Assembly (NCBI RefSeq): GCF_964355755.1
Contig: NC_092672.1
Coordinates: 6,014,001 to 6,078,000 of the forward strand
Length of the DNA stretch: 64,000 nucleotides
Reading direction: 5' to 3'
From: Antedon mediterranea
Taxonomy: Eukaryota > Animalia > Echinodermata
The notes below the pieces were generated by a model, which was not told where the DNA came from, searched no databases, and was given only the letters and a program-made list of their open reading frames with translations. Positions 37,277 to 51,352 of the stretch are shown here, piece after piece (within the stretch, counting starts at the first letter, position 1; each line of letters starts with the position of its first letter). The translations under genes were made by a program, and so were the position numbers.

Positions 37277-37378
37277 ATTAAAAAATATGAACAACTTGAC
37301 TCCGACAAAGAAAGGTTAAAAAGTGCAAAACAGATTTTTGATAATTACATCATGAAGGAACTACTGTCAAGTACACAT
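37277..37378 (+). CDS. GRK2: GRK2/3-type kinase, next internal exon (equivalent to human exon 4): IKKYEQLDSDKERLKSAKQIFDNYIMKELLSSTH
   Basis: TTTTTCAG acceptor and CAT|GTAAGT donor, 102 nt, in frame with 24760-24833. Matches human [34 protein letters not shown]. Confidence 0.96.
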
Positions 37379-37411
37379 GTAAGTTCAAATGTCAAATGTC
37401 AACAATAAGGT

Positions 37412-37828
37412 CAATGTATGTCAATCCAACTTGCGTAGGTACAATGCCAAAATGTAGGAATATTCCAGGCATATATTTTATGTGGGCATAAACATTTGAT
37501 TCAATATGAATAAATTGACTAAAGTTAAACAGTAGGCGTGTTATAAAACAATGTATGTCACTCCAACTTGCGTAGGTACCATGCCAAAATGTAGGCATAT
37601 ACCAGGCATATATTTTAAGTGGGCATAGACATTTGATTCAATATGAATAAATTGACTAAAAGTTAAACAGTAGGCGTGTTATAAAACAATGTAGGTCACT
37701 CCATCTTGCGTAGGTACCATGCCAAAATGTAGGCATATACCAGGCATATATTTTAAGTGGGCATAGACATTTGATTCAATATGAATAAATTTACTAAAAG
37801 TTAAACAGTAGGCATGTTATTAAACAAT
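37412..37828. repeat. About 137-bp tandem repeat, 3 units
   Basis: Units start at 37412, 37549 and 37687 (CAATGTATGTCA.TCCAACTTGCGTAGGTAC). Confidence 0.92.
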
Positions 37829-38474
37829 TAAAAGATGTTTTGTATTTGTGAAATGGCTAGAATATTTTCGTTAGTTGAATAGACCAGTCCGTCTTTTCAA
37901 CTCATAACATTTTCTCTCCACTCTGCTCGTAAACATTCATTATTTGTAAAATTTTGCCAATTCAATTATGCATAATCATCTCTGAATTGATTACACCGAA
38001 TATGAGATTATTTGTTGCCATGGTTTCATGACAGTTCATGACTATGGGGTTTGTCAATAATTAGTTGTATGCTGAAAACCATCAAAGAAATTATATTTGA
38101 TGTACTTAATTGGCAACAGCAAAACTCTACAGATAAATTGGACTGAAGTTCTAATAAGAAGAGTATATGATAGTGTTTTCACAAAATTAAACATAATCAC
38201 AATGATTGAGTAATTTCCAATTTATTTTTTTCATGTTCAAGTGCTTATTAACTACACTACTTGTGTGACTACAACGCTTATATGTCTAGAGCGCTTAATA
38301 TTTGGGTGGTAGTATTTAATTTGAATATTTTAATAAATTAGGCTTTTTTAATTCAATTTGTTATACCATTAAGATACAATACAATACAAATCTTTCTTTA
38401 TTCTGGAATAGCTCTTTCAATACACAAGTACTGGTCTCCCAAGAGGCCAAGATTTGAAAAAAAATACAAGAAAA

Positions 38475-40352
38475 ACTAGACATGAAACTCGTCACTTTGA
38501 CGAGTTAGTTATCCGCTCGACAAACGCCACGTGCACGTCATACGTTAGAATATTGCACACAGAAAAATATTAAGGCATTATGACCTGAACTGAAGAATAT
38601 GATATGTTGTTATTTCTGAATTCTGTTATTTTGTGTCATATACATAGTATACACAGTACAATCTGTATACATATCACAAACAGTGTAAAATAGGTGAAAT
38701 TACGGGACCGGTATTTTATTGTAATTTTTAACATCTTGACGGTTTCAAAATGAAATGCAAAAGTAGAAATTTCAGAATAAAACTATCTCAGCAACAACAT
38801 ATTAACGTGTAGAAAAAATTTGAATACGTGAAATATTAATGCGCGCTCTTTTAAATGTAATAAAATATAACGCAAAAGATGAAAATACGACTTTTTTTAT
38901 TTAACTGGCCATATGATGATGTCACAACATTCAATTGGCACAATTTTCACATGATTTTGTATCTACAATACAATAGCTTCCTGAAAACGTTTTAATCGTG
39001 ATTATCACATTTTATTCTTACGAGCTATAACAGATTAAAATTTACTGTAAAGATGAAATTAATGACCAACGTAATTTAAATTTTTAGGCATGATGACGTT
39101 AAAAAAATTTAAAAAATTTTAATTCTTGCAAAAGATAGTTGATTGACCTAGAATATATTAAAATCGGGGTGAAAATGGACAACGAATAAGTGGAGATGCG
39201 CTCTATTAAATGTGATGAGCTATGACGAAAGAGACAAAAATCCTATATTTTATATTCGCGTGGCCATACGATGACGTCACAATGTCCGGTTAGCCATATT
39301 GATTAATGATCTGATATCTACAACTCATCACCTTCCAGAATATGTAAGTAAAAAAAAGTTCTCCACGTAGTTTAGAATCTATGATTGTTTAAAAAAAGGC
39401 ATAATTTTGACGAATTTTTGAATTTTTTCTTTAAAAACACGCACAAATTGTATAATTTGACGTGCTCGTATGACGTAATTTTAAGTCTAAAGTGTTTTAA
39501 AATTTGATAAAATTACTATAAAAGGCTGGAAAGACATAATTCACGCAAAAACAGATGTTTTTAGCACTACGTGCGGACCACGCCCGTAAAATTGTTGGCG
39601 CGCGTGGGAATTTTTGACATGCTCAAAATGTCATGATCAACGTAGAAAGTTGATTAGAAATTAATTTTGCGCATTTTAAATTTTAAATGCGCGTGCGCGC
39701 GTAACTTCGTTTAAAAAATGCCATTTTTAGTGCACAAAAAGTTAGCGCAAGATATAAATTAAACTTTTGCTAAGTTTCAACTTACATAGTTATATGGTTT
39801 TCAATCTATGTTGAATACGGGAAATTCATAAAATCACGCGTAAGTCACGTTACGCATATCTGACGTCATTCACAATAGTAGGTGCACAACTTCACGTGAA
39901 TGCCCATATGTTGACAAAGTTATGAAATGTTATGTTTACACATTTTTGATATAAGCGAGACACAAAAATAGAGGAGAAATGCGCGTGCGCGCGTAACGTC
40001 TTGTAAAACATGGCATTTTTAATCCACAAAAAGTTTGCCCTTGATATGACTTAAATTTTCAGAAAGTGTCAACATAAAATTATGCTTGGTTTTTAGCCTA
40101 TGATCAATCATAAAAAATCATAAAATCGCACGTAAGTCACATTGCGCAACTCTGACGTCATTCAAAATAGGAGGTGCACAACTTCACGTAAATGCCCATA
40201 TGTTGACAAAATTATGAAATGTTATGTTTACAAGTTTTTGAGATACGCGAGACACAAAAATGGAGGAGAAAGAAAGAAGAATAATATAAAGAAAAAAAAA
40301 AAGATCCAGGACGATTACAAGGAGTTATCCGCTACTAAGCGGATAACTAATA
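38475..40352 (-). mobile_element. Helentron-associated non-autonomous element, family 2 (inverted copy with an internal duplication of about 290 bp)
   Basis: Reverse complement of the 47303-48872 type: ACTAG end, AACTCGTCA-CTT-TGACGAGTT hairpin, AGTTATCCGC subTIR, AGTTATCCGC-TACTAA-GCGGATAACT palindrome. 39690-39979 is repeated at 39980-40270. Confidence 0.85.
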
Positions 40353-43300
40353 AAAGCTTAACAAATATGTACAATAGAAATTATACAAGATGTTTAAATT
40401 CAACTTGACTATAAAAGTGTCTCATAATTTTTACGGATATGTACAGGAAGATTATTCCATAAGGTTGATGCTCTATAATTAAACATTCTCTCATCGAATA
40501 TAACACCTCTTTCAGACTACTCTATTTATTGGACACCCCTTAAGGTGATGTTTTGTTGGATCCTAGATGTGTCCCCATAATGGAGGTTCTGCAATATGGG
40601 TTGTTCCAATATGTAACGACTCATTCAAACATACATGGCTATAAGTATTCAGCACCTGTTTTATACTTGTTTTGTTACATTTATTTGCATAGTGTCGTGT
40701 GGTGTGTGTTTAATTAATGTGGCGCTTTATTAGACTGATGTGATTAATATTACATTTTTTTTACACAAAAACCAGCATGCGAATTAGAAAAAGTCCGCTT
40801 CTCATGTCTGTTAAAGCCAGGTTTGTGGATATGTCAATAAATGGCCCTTTTTTCCAGTCAATTTTTGCACAGTAAAGCCTATTTTCCACTAGGCGAATTT
40901 GTTTGCGCGAATCGAATGTTTCGAAAAGAAAAAAATCGCCTATAGCCGATTTTCCATTAGGCGAATTTGTTCGCGCGAATCCAACGTTTTAAAGACAAAA
41001 AAATCGCCTACTCTCTTTCCACTACATAAGCGAATAGCTGCGACGTTGATGTTCCTCGCGTGGTTGCTGAGCATTTCGATTCGCACGAGTGCTCATGAAA
41101 GCGTCATAGCTCATTTTCTGAGCTCTGATTGGTTGCGCAATATTTCGCTTCGCAAAAAGTAGAAACAATTCGAACTAGTAAATTTTGCTGGAGTGAAAAA
41201 TCAAAGGAACAAGAATTTGTCGCAGAAGGGAGTATGACAGACAGAAACTTGAATACGCATGCGCATAGCACACATTCAATTCACCAGGGAAAAAAAGTAG
41301 TGAGCCCTCTATCGGCAGCGAATCGTTTTTGCACACGAGACAGTGTGAACAATTACCCGGAAGCAACTTTGTTTTTAAAAATAAATATTAAGTTTTTGCA
41401 AACTGGCCAATTGAAACTTTTTGTTTTATTTACTAATGAATAATTCATGAAAACCTTTGACACAGCATCTACGAACCACGTGATATTGTTTTTTATCGAC
41501 AAAGCCATTATATCTGTGTCAAACAAGGGTGAATTACACCAATGTTTTTTAAACAATTTTAGGGTATTCGAATGTTAAAATTTCGTCTAATTTGTTGAGG
41601 CTGTAATAAAACAACCTAATTTTTTGAGAAGGTGGGTTTTATATTTTATGGATATTTAATTTTTCAATAGTTTTTAATGGCTGCTTAAACATGTGCCTTT
41701 TTGGTTATTTTACTGCTGAAAATGGAACACATGGTTGTAGCTAAAATCATTTTTTTACACCATAAGATTAAAAATGTTGCTTTTTAAAATAATAAGAACG
41801 TTATATAATATATAGGAAAGATGTTTTTAATCATAAAACTTTACAAAGCCTCTTTTATTTTATTTAAAAATCAATATAGTCTAGGCCTAGTTTACTAGGC
41901 TTTAGCCTGTTATTATAGTGGAGTAGTGCGTGTATTGTTGGCGCGTGTTCATTGTCGGGCGCGCGTATTTATAGGCCTAGGCCTAAGGAAATAAAAATAA
42001 ATGATTACAAATATAACTAAATAATGATTATTATTAATTTAATGTTGTTTTTTTTTTTACAGATCACAGAGGAATGTTCTTATGGTGTCTGCATACTTCA
42101 ATACAATAGAAATAGCATTAATCAACAACAATTTCTCATTAATTTACCGGCATATGTGAAACAACACATACAGTAATTTTATGGATATCTAGAGATTTTT
42201 ATTGCCAAAGGACATTTAATTTTTAAAAACTTGATATTTTCCTAATTTACTTATATAAAGGTTCAAGCGGAGGTTTGTTGTTGTGTGGTACTTGTTATAA
42301 AGTTTAAATGTGATTTCCAAATCGGCAATAAATAATCATTATAAATATAAATAGAAAAAGGCCTAGGCCTAGTACAAAAGATGTTAATTTGTCTAATTTG
42401 TGATAATATTAAAGGTTTTATGTTAAGTGGTGTGTATTTCATTTATTTCTCCATTATTAGAATAAAAAGAAGGGAATCGTGAAATGTCATTAATTATTTA
42501 GCCCCAAGAATGTATTGATTTTATAGTATTTTACAAATTTAAACAGTCCAGGCCTAGCTTGCAGACAGTCCCCCCCACCCACTTCTTAATAATTTTAAGA
42601 AAAATGAAAGTTCAACACTTTATTTCAAAATTTATAAGCCCTTTGTCCTCATATTTTAAGATTATGAATCAGCCACTTAACAAGAATAACAATCGAGGTG
42701 CCAATGATGAAGCGCATCTTCCCTCATTCTCTTCGCCTAAGAAAACGATTATTCCAGCCCTGCCGCGTCTCCCTAGGCCTACGCGCAACGTGCTTTCGCT
42801 TAAAACAGACCTATATTCAACTCCTTATAGAATTTGTTTGAAAAATAACACCAAGCTTATTTTTGGAAATCTTAGAAAATACATCTAAGACTATATTATA
42901 CCGTTTTCAGAATTTCATTTAAAAATTCTAAATTAATGTTAACTATTTTAACAAACTAGTTAGTTTTCACTTTCTTGTTTTCGTCGTATGACTCGCTTTG
43001 TTTACGCTTACACTTGGCTTAGACGTTTATCTTAGAATTCGAATAAATGAATCCATAATCAACAAACATTGGTACTGTTGTGGTTTTTGTTTAATATAAA
43101 TGTTCCTAATACACAGAAATCAATTAAACAGCAATATAATTTAATATAAACGAGTTAAAAAGGAAATTTAGACAGCCTATAAAATACGGAAGTCAGAACT
43201 CGCGTCGCTCGTAATGTTCGGTAACTTTCTATTTACAGCCTATCGAAAAAGGCTCTGGCTAACTTTTAAATTAAAAAGGCTCTCGGAACACTTAATTTCC

Positions 43301-44859
43301 CATTATCACCATTTGACGTGGATGTGAGCATGATGCTTTTGAAAATAGGCTTAACAGTTGCGTATTTGTCAAAATTTTTGACTGGAAATTTGGCCAAATA
43401 AAAAACTGGATAACCTTGCACGACTGAAATCTTTACGATTATTAGGATGATTTACTTGAATTATAATTTTGTGTTCAATTTTTTCAGGAAATATATAAAT
43501 CAAATCCATATAACAATTTGTGTTATCTTGTTTTTAGTATTTTAACAAATTTTTGTTGGGAAATTTTATTCTGAAATAAAGTAATCAATCAATCAGTCAT
43601 ACAGCATTATTACATCGATGCGTCACTGATAAAATCTTGACACATTCATGATTCGTCGACGATATTTATGGTTGGTACTGTGTCTATGATTTAACTATTT
43701 ATCCATGATATAACTGGACATGATTCCAATTTTTACTTTTCTGTAGTAAGATATTTTTACCATTATATAATAATAATAATTCTATAAATGATTAATTTCT
43801 ATCAATGGTCAACAATACAAAAAAATAGTAATATGAAACAATATTATTGTAAGAAGAAATGTCTTGTCACGCAAAACCCATAAACGAAAACAAAAGGTAT
43901 TAATATAAACAATTAAGCCTAAAAGATCTATGCATCCTATCTATCTTTCTTCCTGCCAATATTTGTGGATATAAGCTTATTTATGATTTTATAATAATGT
44001 TTATTATGCAATGCAAATTCTAGTTTCCATAGCTCATTAATATTCATGAACCGCCCACTCAATATTATGTCGTGCGTATACATTTTCATAGTATATGCGT
44101 GTATATAGAAAATGCAAAAGCTGATTCAGTTAGTTGTATTATTTATAGTTCAGCGCAAATTTTGTGTATTTTATTTTATTTTAAAAGAAACTGAGAGTGA
44201 CCCTAAACTGTAGAAACTAATAATTAAGGTCCCTCAAATGTTCATTGCAGAAACTAAAGCATTGTAGAGACTTACTGTTTATTATTTCATCATAATGTTG
44301 TTTCATATACTGTTAAAAACAAATACAATAATATTAAAGTATGTTAAATGCAAACCTTTAGGACCAAACGACCCTAAATTGTCCTTCTAAGGCCATTTTG
44401 TAAGGACTAAATAATACATTCAGTGAACACTTTTACCTATAGAACATTAACAAAATAAGGTACACTGGTATTAGAAAAAACCAAGTTTGTGGAATACAAA
44501 ATAAAATATACAGATAAATTGCATTTTCTGTGTCTTGGCTAGAATAAAGAAAGCTTGCTATTACTCAGGTGTAAATATTTCTATAACATTTATCTTTAAC
44601 GATTGTTTCTCAATGAACTGCCCTACTTTAAAATCAGTAAATGCCTTTTGGAAGAGGTTTATAATACATTTAAAATTAAAGTGATATAAATATAAAATAT
44701 AAATTTACTTGACATACAGGGTTTCTGTTTTTAAATAAACAGGAATATTATAATCCTATAGCTATAAGTATTAACCTAGAAAATAATTTGGAACTAGTGT
44801 AATGAAGATGTAGGAAATTGTCCCCTTAATAGAGTCGTCAAATTATGAAATAAAAGACC

Positions 44860-45226
44860 TATATAGTTCTGCGGTGTGGACGTCACAACGGTAGGTGGCG
44901 CCGTTTTGTAGCTAGAAAACGTTCATCCTGTCTGAGTGACTCCCAAGGTCACCAATGGTTTGGAATAGGCTTATTGAAGTAGTCATTTAAAACTTAATAA
45001 TTTTCAATAAAACAAACTAAAAATAACTTCAAAAGATCACTAAATATTTGTTTTTAATAATCTATTTATTCTTCAACTACAGTTTAAAAATCAAGTTAAG
45101 ATACATAATTTGATAGAAATATACAGATCTATTGTATCAAAATAGTAGCGTTGAATGCATTTTTGGTTGCGCTAGAAACCATGCAGCGCCATCTTTTGTT
45201 GTGACGTCACACCACAGAACTCTATA
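44860..45226. mobile_element. MITE with about 30-45-bp imperfect TIRs (PIF/Harbinger-like)
   Basis: TATATAGTTCTGCGGTGTGGACGTCACAAC versus GTTGTGACGTCACACCACAGAACTCTATA. Confidence 0.7.
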
Positions 45227-45987
45227 ATGTACATACAGTGTATCAACTTCGATGCATAGTAAATTATATATTATGTATTATAATACATAATAGATATGAA
45301 TTAATAGAAATAAAGCATAAAATATTATGAAGAGAATATTATGTAAAGTACTTAAGAAATAATAATAATAAAGTATTAAAAAAATATTATATTTTATTAT
45401 TATTCCTAAGTGCAAAATATTTCCTTCATAATTTTTAAAATAATTTACTAGTAATTGAAGCAATGATAATATAAAACATTGAATAACATTAAAATATGTA
45501 GAAGATATTATAGTGGAAATAAAATGTATTGTTCAGTAATATTTCATCAGTGCCTAAGACTGTTATTATTTAAGAAAAAAAATGATATGATTATGAATTA
45601 TTTCTGAATAAAATTCATTAATCATCGGTTTTGCAATTTATGGTAAACTCATTAAAATGAACTCTCTGTAATTTTTAGTGCAATAAATTTCATTATACAG
45701 TATTTTTTTTTTCTAAAGCACAATTATTTGAGCATTTTTTTTCCCAATAATCAATTCTTAAAAATTACAAGATGAAATATATAATTATGTGGTTGCTATG
45801 ACAACGACATCAACAGGATGTCAAATAATTAGATGTGGCAATTTATAAATTGAAGTGGTATATTTGTTTCCAACTTCCTTTAAATATTCACCAATTGATG
45901 AGTAACTACGTTTGTTCCTATTGTGTCTAAATCCATTTTGAGCATGTTGACATTCTTGAACTGTGTAATGCAAACATATTTACATTA

Positions 45988-48900
45988 ATTAGTTATCCGC
46001 TTGGTATACCAAGCGGATAACTCCTTGTTATTGTATGAGATCAACATTTTTGGTTATCCGCAACTTAGTTGCAGGATAACCCATGTGATTGTAAATATCT
46101 TTTTTTTTCATCATCATCTTCTTTGTTCTTCTTTCTTTCCCTGATTTTTGTGAGCAGCATATCCCCTATAGCTTATGAATATAACTTTTGTATAACTTTG
46201 TCATTATATGGACATTTACCTGAAGTTGTGCACCTCCATATTTTGAATGACGTCAGAGTTGCGCAACATGACTTACGCGCGATTTTATGAATTTCAATGA
46301 TTGATCATAGGATAAAAAATAAAAGTCATTTTGAACTGACACTTAGTGAAAATTTAAGTTATATTAAGGGCAAACTTTCTATGGATTAAAAATGGCATGT
46401 TTTACAAGAAGTTACGCGCGCACGCGCATTTAAAGTTTCAAAATGCGCAAAATTAATTTCTAATCAACTTTCTACGCTGATCATGACATTTTGAGCATGT
46501 CAAAAATTCCCGCGCGCGCGAACAAATTTACGCGTATGGTGCGCACGGAGCATGAAAATCATGTTTTTTTATCTTGAATTATGATTTTCCAACCTTTCCT
46601 AGTCATTTTAAAAAAGATTGACATCATTTGAAATTAAAATGACGTCATACGAACACGTTGATTTATACAATTTTCGCGCGTTTTAGTTGAAAAAGTTATA
46701 AATATTGTCAAAATAATGCCAATTTTGAATCTATTATAGCTCCTCAGGATCATCCACGACCCCCAATTTTTTTAATTTTATTTATAAGTAGATATGTTGT
46801 AGATATGAATTCATTCAGAATCTTTACCCCTAGGATGTTATAACGTCATCGTATGGCCACACGAATGTAAAATATAGGGTTTTTTACTCTTTCGTTATTG
46901 CTCATCACATTAAATAGAGCGCATCTCACTTTTAGGTGCCCAAAATTCTTCAAATTTGTTTTAATGTAATTATTTAGATAATTATCTTCTAAAATTGTTA
47001 TCTTTATATGTCAATTTGATGACGTCATCATGTTAATTGGATTTAAAAGATGGGTCTCGTAATTTCGTCTATGCTACACTGTATATAACATATACAGTTT
47101 ATTCTGTAAAATACTGTAATTTGATATATGCTACATAATACTTTTAATAGGTAAAATTCAGCACTGTAAACATATTTATTTCATGTCATAGGATGGCATA
47201 ATAATTGTCGAGGTTCATATGGTTAAGTATGTGCATGTTGTATTTGCGCGGATAACCCGAACTCGTCAAAGTGACGAGTTCAAATCTAGTTTTTCTGTAT
47301 TATTAGTTATCCGCTTAGTAGCGGATAACTCCTTGTAATCGTCCTGTTTCAATTTTATATTATTCTTCTGTCTTTCTCCCTCACTTTTTGTGCAGAGCGT
47401 ATCTCTAAAATGGGTAAACATAACATTTCATAACTTTGTCAACATATGGGCATTTACGTGAAGTTGTGCACCTCCTATTTTTGAATGACGTCAGAGTTGC
47501 GCAACGTGACTTACGCGCGATTTTATGATTTTTTATGATTGCTCATAGACTAAAAACCAAGCATAATTTAGTTTTGACACTTTGTGAAAATTTAAGTCAT
47601 ATCAAGTGCAAACTTTTTATTGATTAAAAATGGCATGTTTTACAAGAAGTTACGCGCGCACGCGCATTTAAAGTTTCAAAATGCGTAAAATTAATTTTTA
47701 ATCAACTTTTTACACGACTCATGACATTTCGCGCATGTCAAAAATTCCCACGTGCACGCATTTTTTTACGCGCGCGGTGGCCACGTACCGTGAAAAACAT
47801 CTTTTTTTCTCATGAATTATGTTTTTCCAGCCTTCTAGAGTAATTTTACCATTTTAAAACCATTTGTGACTTTAAATTACGTCATACGAGCATGTCGAAT
47901 TGGAAAATTTACGCGCGTTTTTGATCAAAAAGCTAAAAAAATCGTCAAAATTATGCCTTTTTTTAAACAGTCGTAGTTTCTAAACTAAACGGGGAAAGTT
48001 ATTTTTATTACATATTCTGGAAGTTGATGAGTTGTAGATATCAAATCATACATTAATATGGCTAACAGGACATTTTGACGTCATCGTATGGCCACACGAA
48101 TATAAAATATAGGATTTTTGTCTCTTTCGTTATTGCTCATCACATTCAATGGAGCGCATCACGCTTATCCGTATTCCATTTTCTCCGAGATTTTAATATT
48201 GTCTAGGTCAATCAACTACCTTTCGCATGAGTTAAAAATATTTTAATATTTGTAACGTCATCATGCCTAAAAATGTTAATTACTTGGGTCATTAATTTCA
48301 TCTTTACAGTAAATTTTAATCTGTTATCGCTCGTAAGAACAAAATGGGATAATCACGATTAAAATGTTTTCTGGAAGCTATTGGATTGTAGATACGAAAT
48401 CATGTTAACATTTTGCCAATCGGATGTTGTGACGTCATCATATGGACAGTTAAATAAAAAAAGTCGTTTTCATCTTTTGCGTCATAGTTCATTACATTTA
48501 AAAGAACGCGCATCAATATTTCACGTGTTCAAATTTCTTCCACACGTTAATATGTTGTTGCTGAGATAATTTCCTTCCGAAATTGCTACATTTGCGTTTC
48601 ATTTTGAAACCGTCAATATGTTAAAAATTTGAATAAATAGCGGGTCCCGTAATTTCACCTATTCTACACTGTATGTGATATGTATACAGATTATACTGTG
48701 TATACTATATGACACAAAATAACAGAATTCAGCAATAAAAACATATCATATTCTTCAGTTCAGGTCACAATGCCATAATCTTTTTCCGTGTGCAATATTC
48801 CAACGTATGACGTGCACGTGGCGTTTGTCGTGCGGATAACTAACTCGTCAAAGTGACGAGTTTCATGTCTAGTTCTTCTTTCCTTCCTTCCTTTTTGTGA

Positions 48901-50405
48901 GTCGCGTTTCTCTAAAATGTGTAAACATAACATTTCATAACTTTGACAACATATGGGCATTTACGTGAAGTTGTGCACCTCCTATTTTTGAATGACGTCA
49001 TAGTTGCGCAACGTGACTTAAGCGCAATTTTATGAATTTCAATGATTGATCATAGATTAAAAACCAAAAGTCATTTAGTATTGACACTTTGACAAAATTT
49101 AAGTCATATCAGGGGCAAACTTTCTACGGATTAAAAATGGCATTTTTCACAAGAAGTTACGCGCGCACGCGCATTTAAAATTTCAAAATGCGCAAAATTA
49201 ATTTCTAATCAACTTTTTACGCGTTTTATGTCATTTTGAGCATGTCAAAAATTCCCACGGGCGCGCAATTTTTTACGCACGCGGTGCGCACGTAGCGATA
49301 AAAACATATTTTTTTCTCTTGAATTATATTTTTCAAGCCTTTCCTAGTAATTTTGAAAACAATTTAGAACTTTTCCAGTTTAAATAATGCCATACGAACA
49401 CGTTGAATTAGACAATTTGTGCGCGTTTTTTATGAAAAAGCTTAAAAAATCATCAAAATAATGTCTTTTTTTAAACAGTCATAGTTTCTAAAGTAAACCG
49501 TGAACCGTTTATTTTTATTACAAAATCTAGAAGTTGATGAGTTGCAGATATCGGATCATGCATCGATAAGGCTAAAAAAACATTATGACGTAATCGTATG
49601 GCCACACGAATGTAAAATATAGGATTTTTGTCTGTTTCGTTATTGCTCATCACATTCAATGGAGCGCATCACGCTTATCTGTATTCCTTTTTCTCCTATA
49701 TTTATATATTGTCTAGGTCAATCAACTTTCTTTAGCATGAGATAAAAATATTTAAATTTTTATAACGTCATCATGCCTAAAAATTTTAATTACGTGGGTC
49801 ATTAATTTCATCTTTACAGTAAATTTTAATCTGTAATAGCTCGTAAGAATAAAATGTGATAATCACGATTAAAACGTTTTCTGGAAGCTATAGGATTGTA
49901 GATACGAATTCATGTAAACATTTTGCCAATCGGATGTTGTGACGTCATCATATTGCCAGTTGAATAAAAAAAGTCGTATTTTCATATTTTGCGTAATAGT
50001 TCATCACATTTAAATGTGCGCGCACCAACATTTTACGTATTCAAATTTCTTCTACACGTTAATGTGTTGTTGCTAAGATAATTTTCTTCAGAAATTGCTA
50101 TCGTTGTGTTGTTTTTTTTATGACGTCATCATGTTAAATATTTGAATTAAAGGCAGGTCCCATAATTCAGTTAATATGTCATATAATATACAGTAGTACA
50201 ATGTACACCAGCATAGTCTCTGATGTGAGCAAATTGTTGTTTGCCGCCCTCTGTATCATGTAGAATTAATGTCTCCTTTTATACACAGTGTACTGTATAA
50301 TTATAATACAGGACCACCTCTTATTATAGATTTTAACGTATGACGTGCACGTGGCATCTGTCGTGCGGATAACTAACTCGTCAAAGTGACGAGTTTCATG
50401 TCTAG
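45988..50405 (+). mobile_element. Cluster of three family-2 Helentron-associated elements (host 45988-50405; inserts at about 46047-47290 and 47303-48872)
   Basis: Three 5' palindromes (45991, 46052, 47305) and three 3' ends AACTCGTCAAAGTGACGAGTT...CTAGT (47290, 48872, 50405), with colinear bodies. Confidence 0.85.
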
Positions 50406-51193
50406 TGTTAACATTAAATATGAAATGGCTATTGTCATATTTTAATCATATTTGTTGAGTGACTACATGATTTCATGTCAAGTGTTTTCTGCGAAACTTT
50501 GTATGCATAAATAAACATGTTATTTTATATCACATCCTAGATTTAAATACATTTTTTCTGACAAAGAAATAAGATTTTCTTTCAATTTTTTATGTAGTTA
50601 ATACCAGTAAATGCAATGCAAAAACGCACTGACTGCCTCTGATAAAGTTATACTCATTATTATTTTATATCATATCCTAGATTTAAAAACAATTTTTCTG
50701 ACAAAGAAATGAGAGTTTCTTTTCATTTTGCATATAGTTAATGCCAGTAGATTTAATGCAAAAACCCATTGACTGCCTCTGTTATACTCATTGTTTAAGA
50801 AGATGATGTTGGGATATAAGATATTTTTATTACTAATACATTGATAGGATTATTGAGTGAGGCATATCAAACATATATATACTTTAATAAGTAGTGATAA
50901 TATTCAGTCATGGAAGATATTCTCTCCGGCTAAATTATAATAACCATATATTGAATTTCGAAGTCGCTTGCAAAAGACAGTAATCAACATCGGTTATAGG
51001 TTTTTTAAAAACTTGTTTATATGATTTTGATATTTTTATTTGATACAAAATTGTAATATCAATTTTAGATTTGTTATTTGATAGTAATATATAAAGGCCA
51101 CAGTGTACAGTAGATACAGTAGTATAATCATTTTAGTAGTAGTAGTATTATTTAAATAATTCTTCATGTTATAATTTAAATTGCATTGTGAAA

Positions 51194-51352
51194 AGCTCTG
51201 TCTAAACTATCAAACTTTGTTACAAAAAAATGTGATGTGTCCATATATGGACATGAAGATGTCATATCACTACAATATTTAGGCATCACTACCATATTTG
51301 GGCACATCACACTTTTTTTGTGTCAAACTAGTTTGATAGTGTAGACAGAGCT
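51194..51352. mobile_element. PIF/Harbinger-like MITE, best-preserved copy
   Basis: 23-bp TIRs with one mismatch, AGCTCTGTCTA(A/C)ACTATCAAACT, followed by TAA. Confidence 0.85.

Noticed and set aside
40875-43410. Possible DNA-transposon pieces (TTCCACTAGGCGAATTTG repeats, AGGCCT runs, hAT-like end near 43418)
   Set aside because: Could not pair termini or find TSDs; boundaries unsupported.
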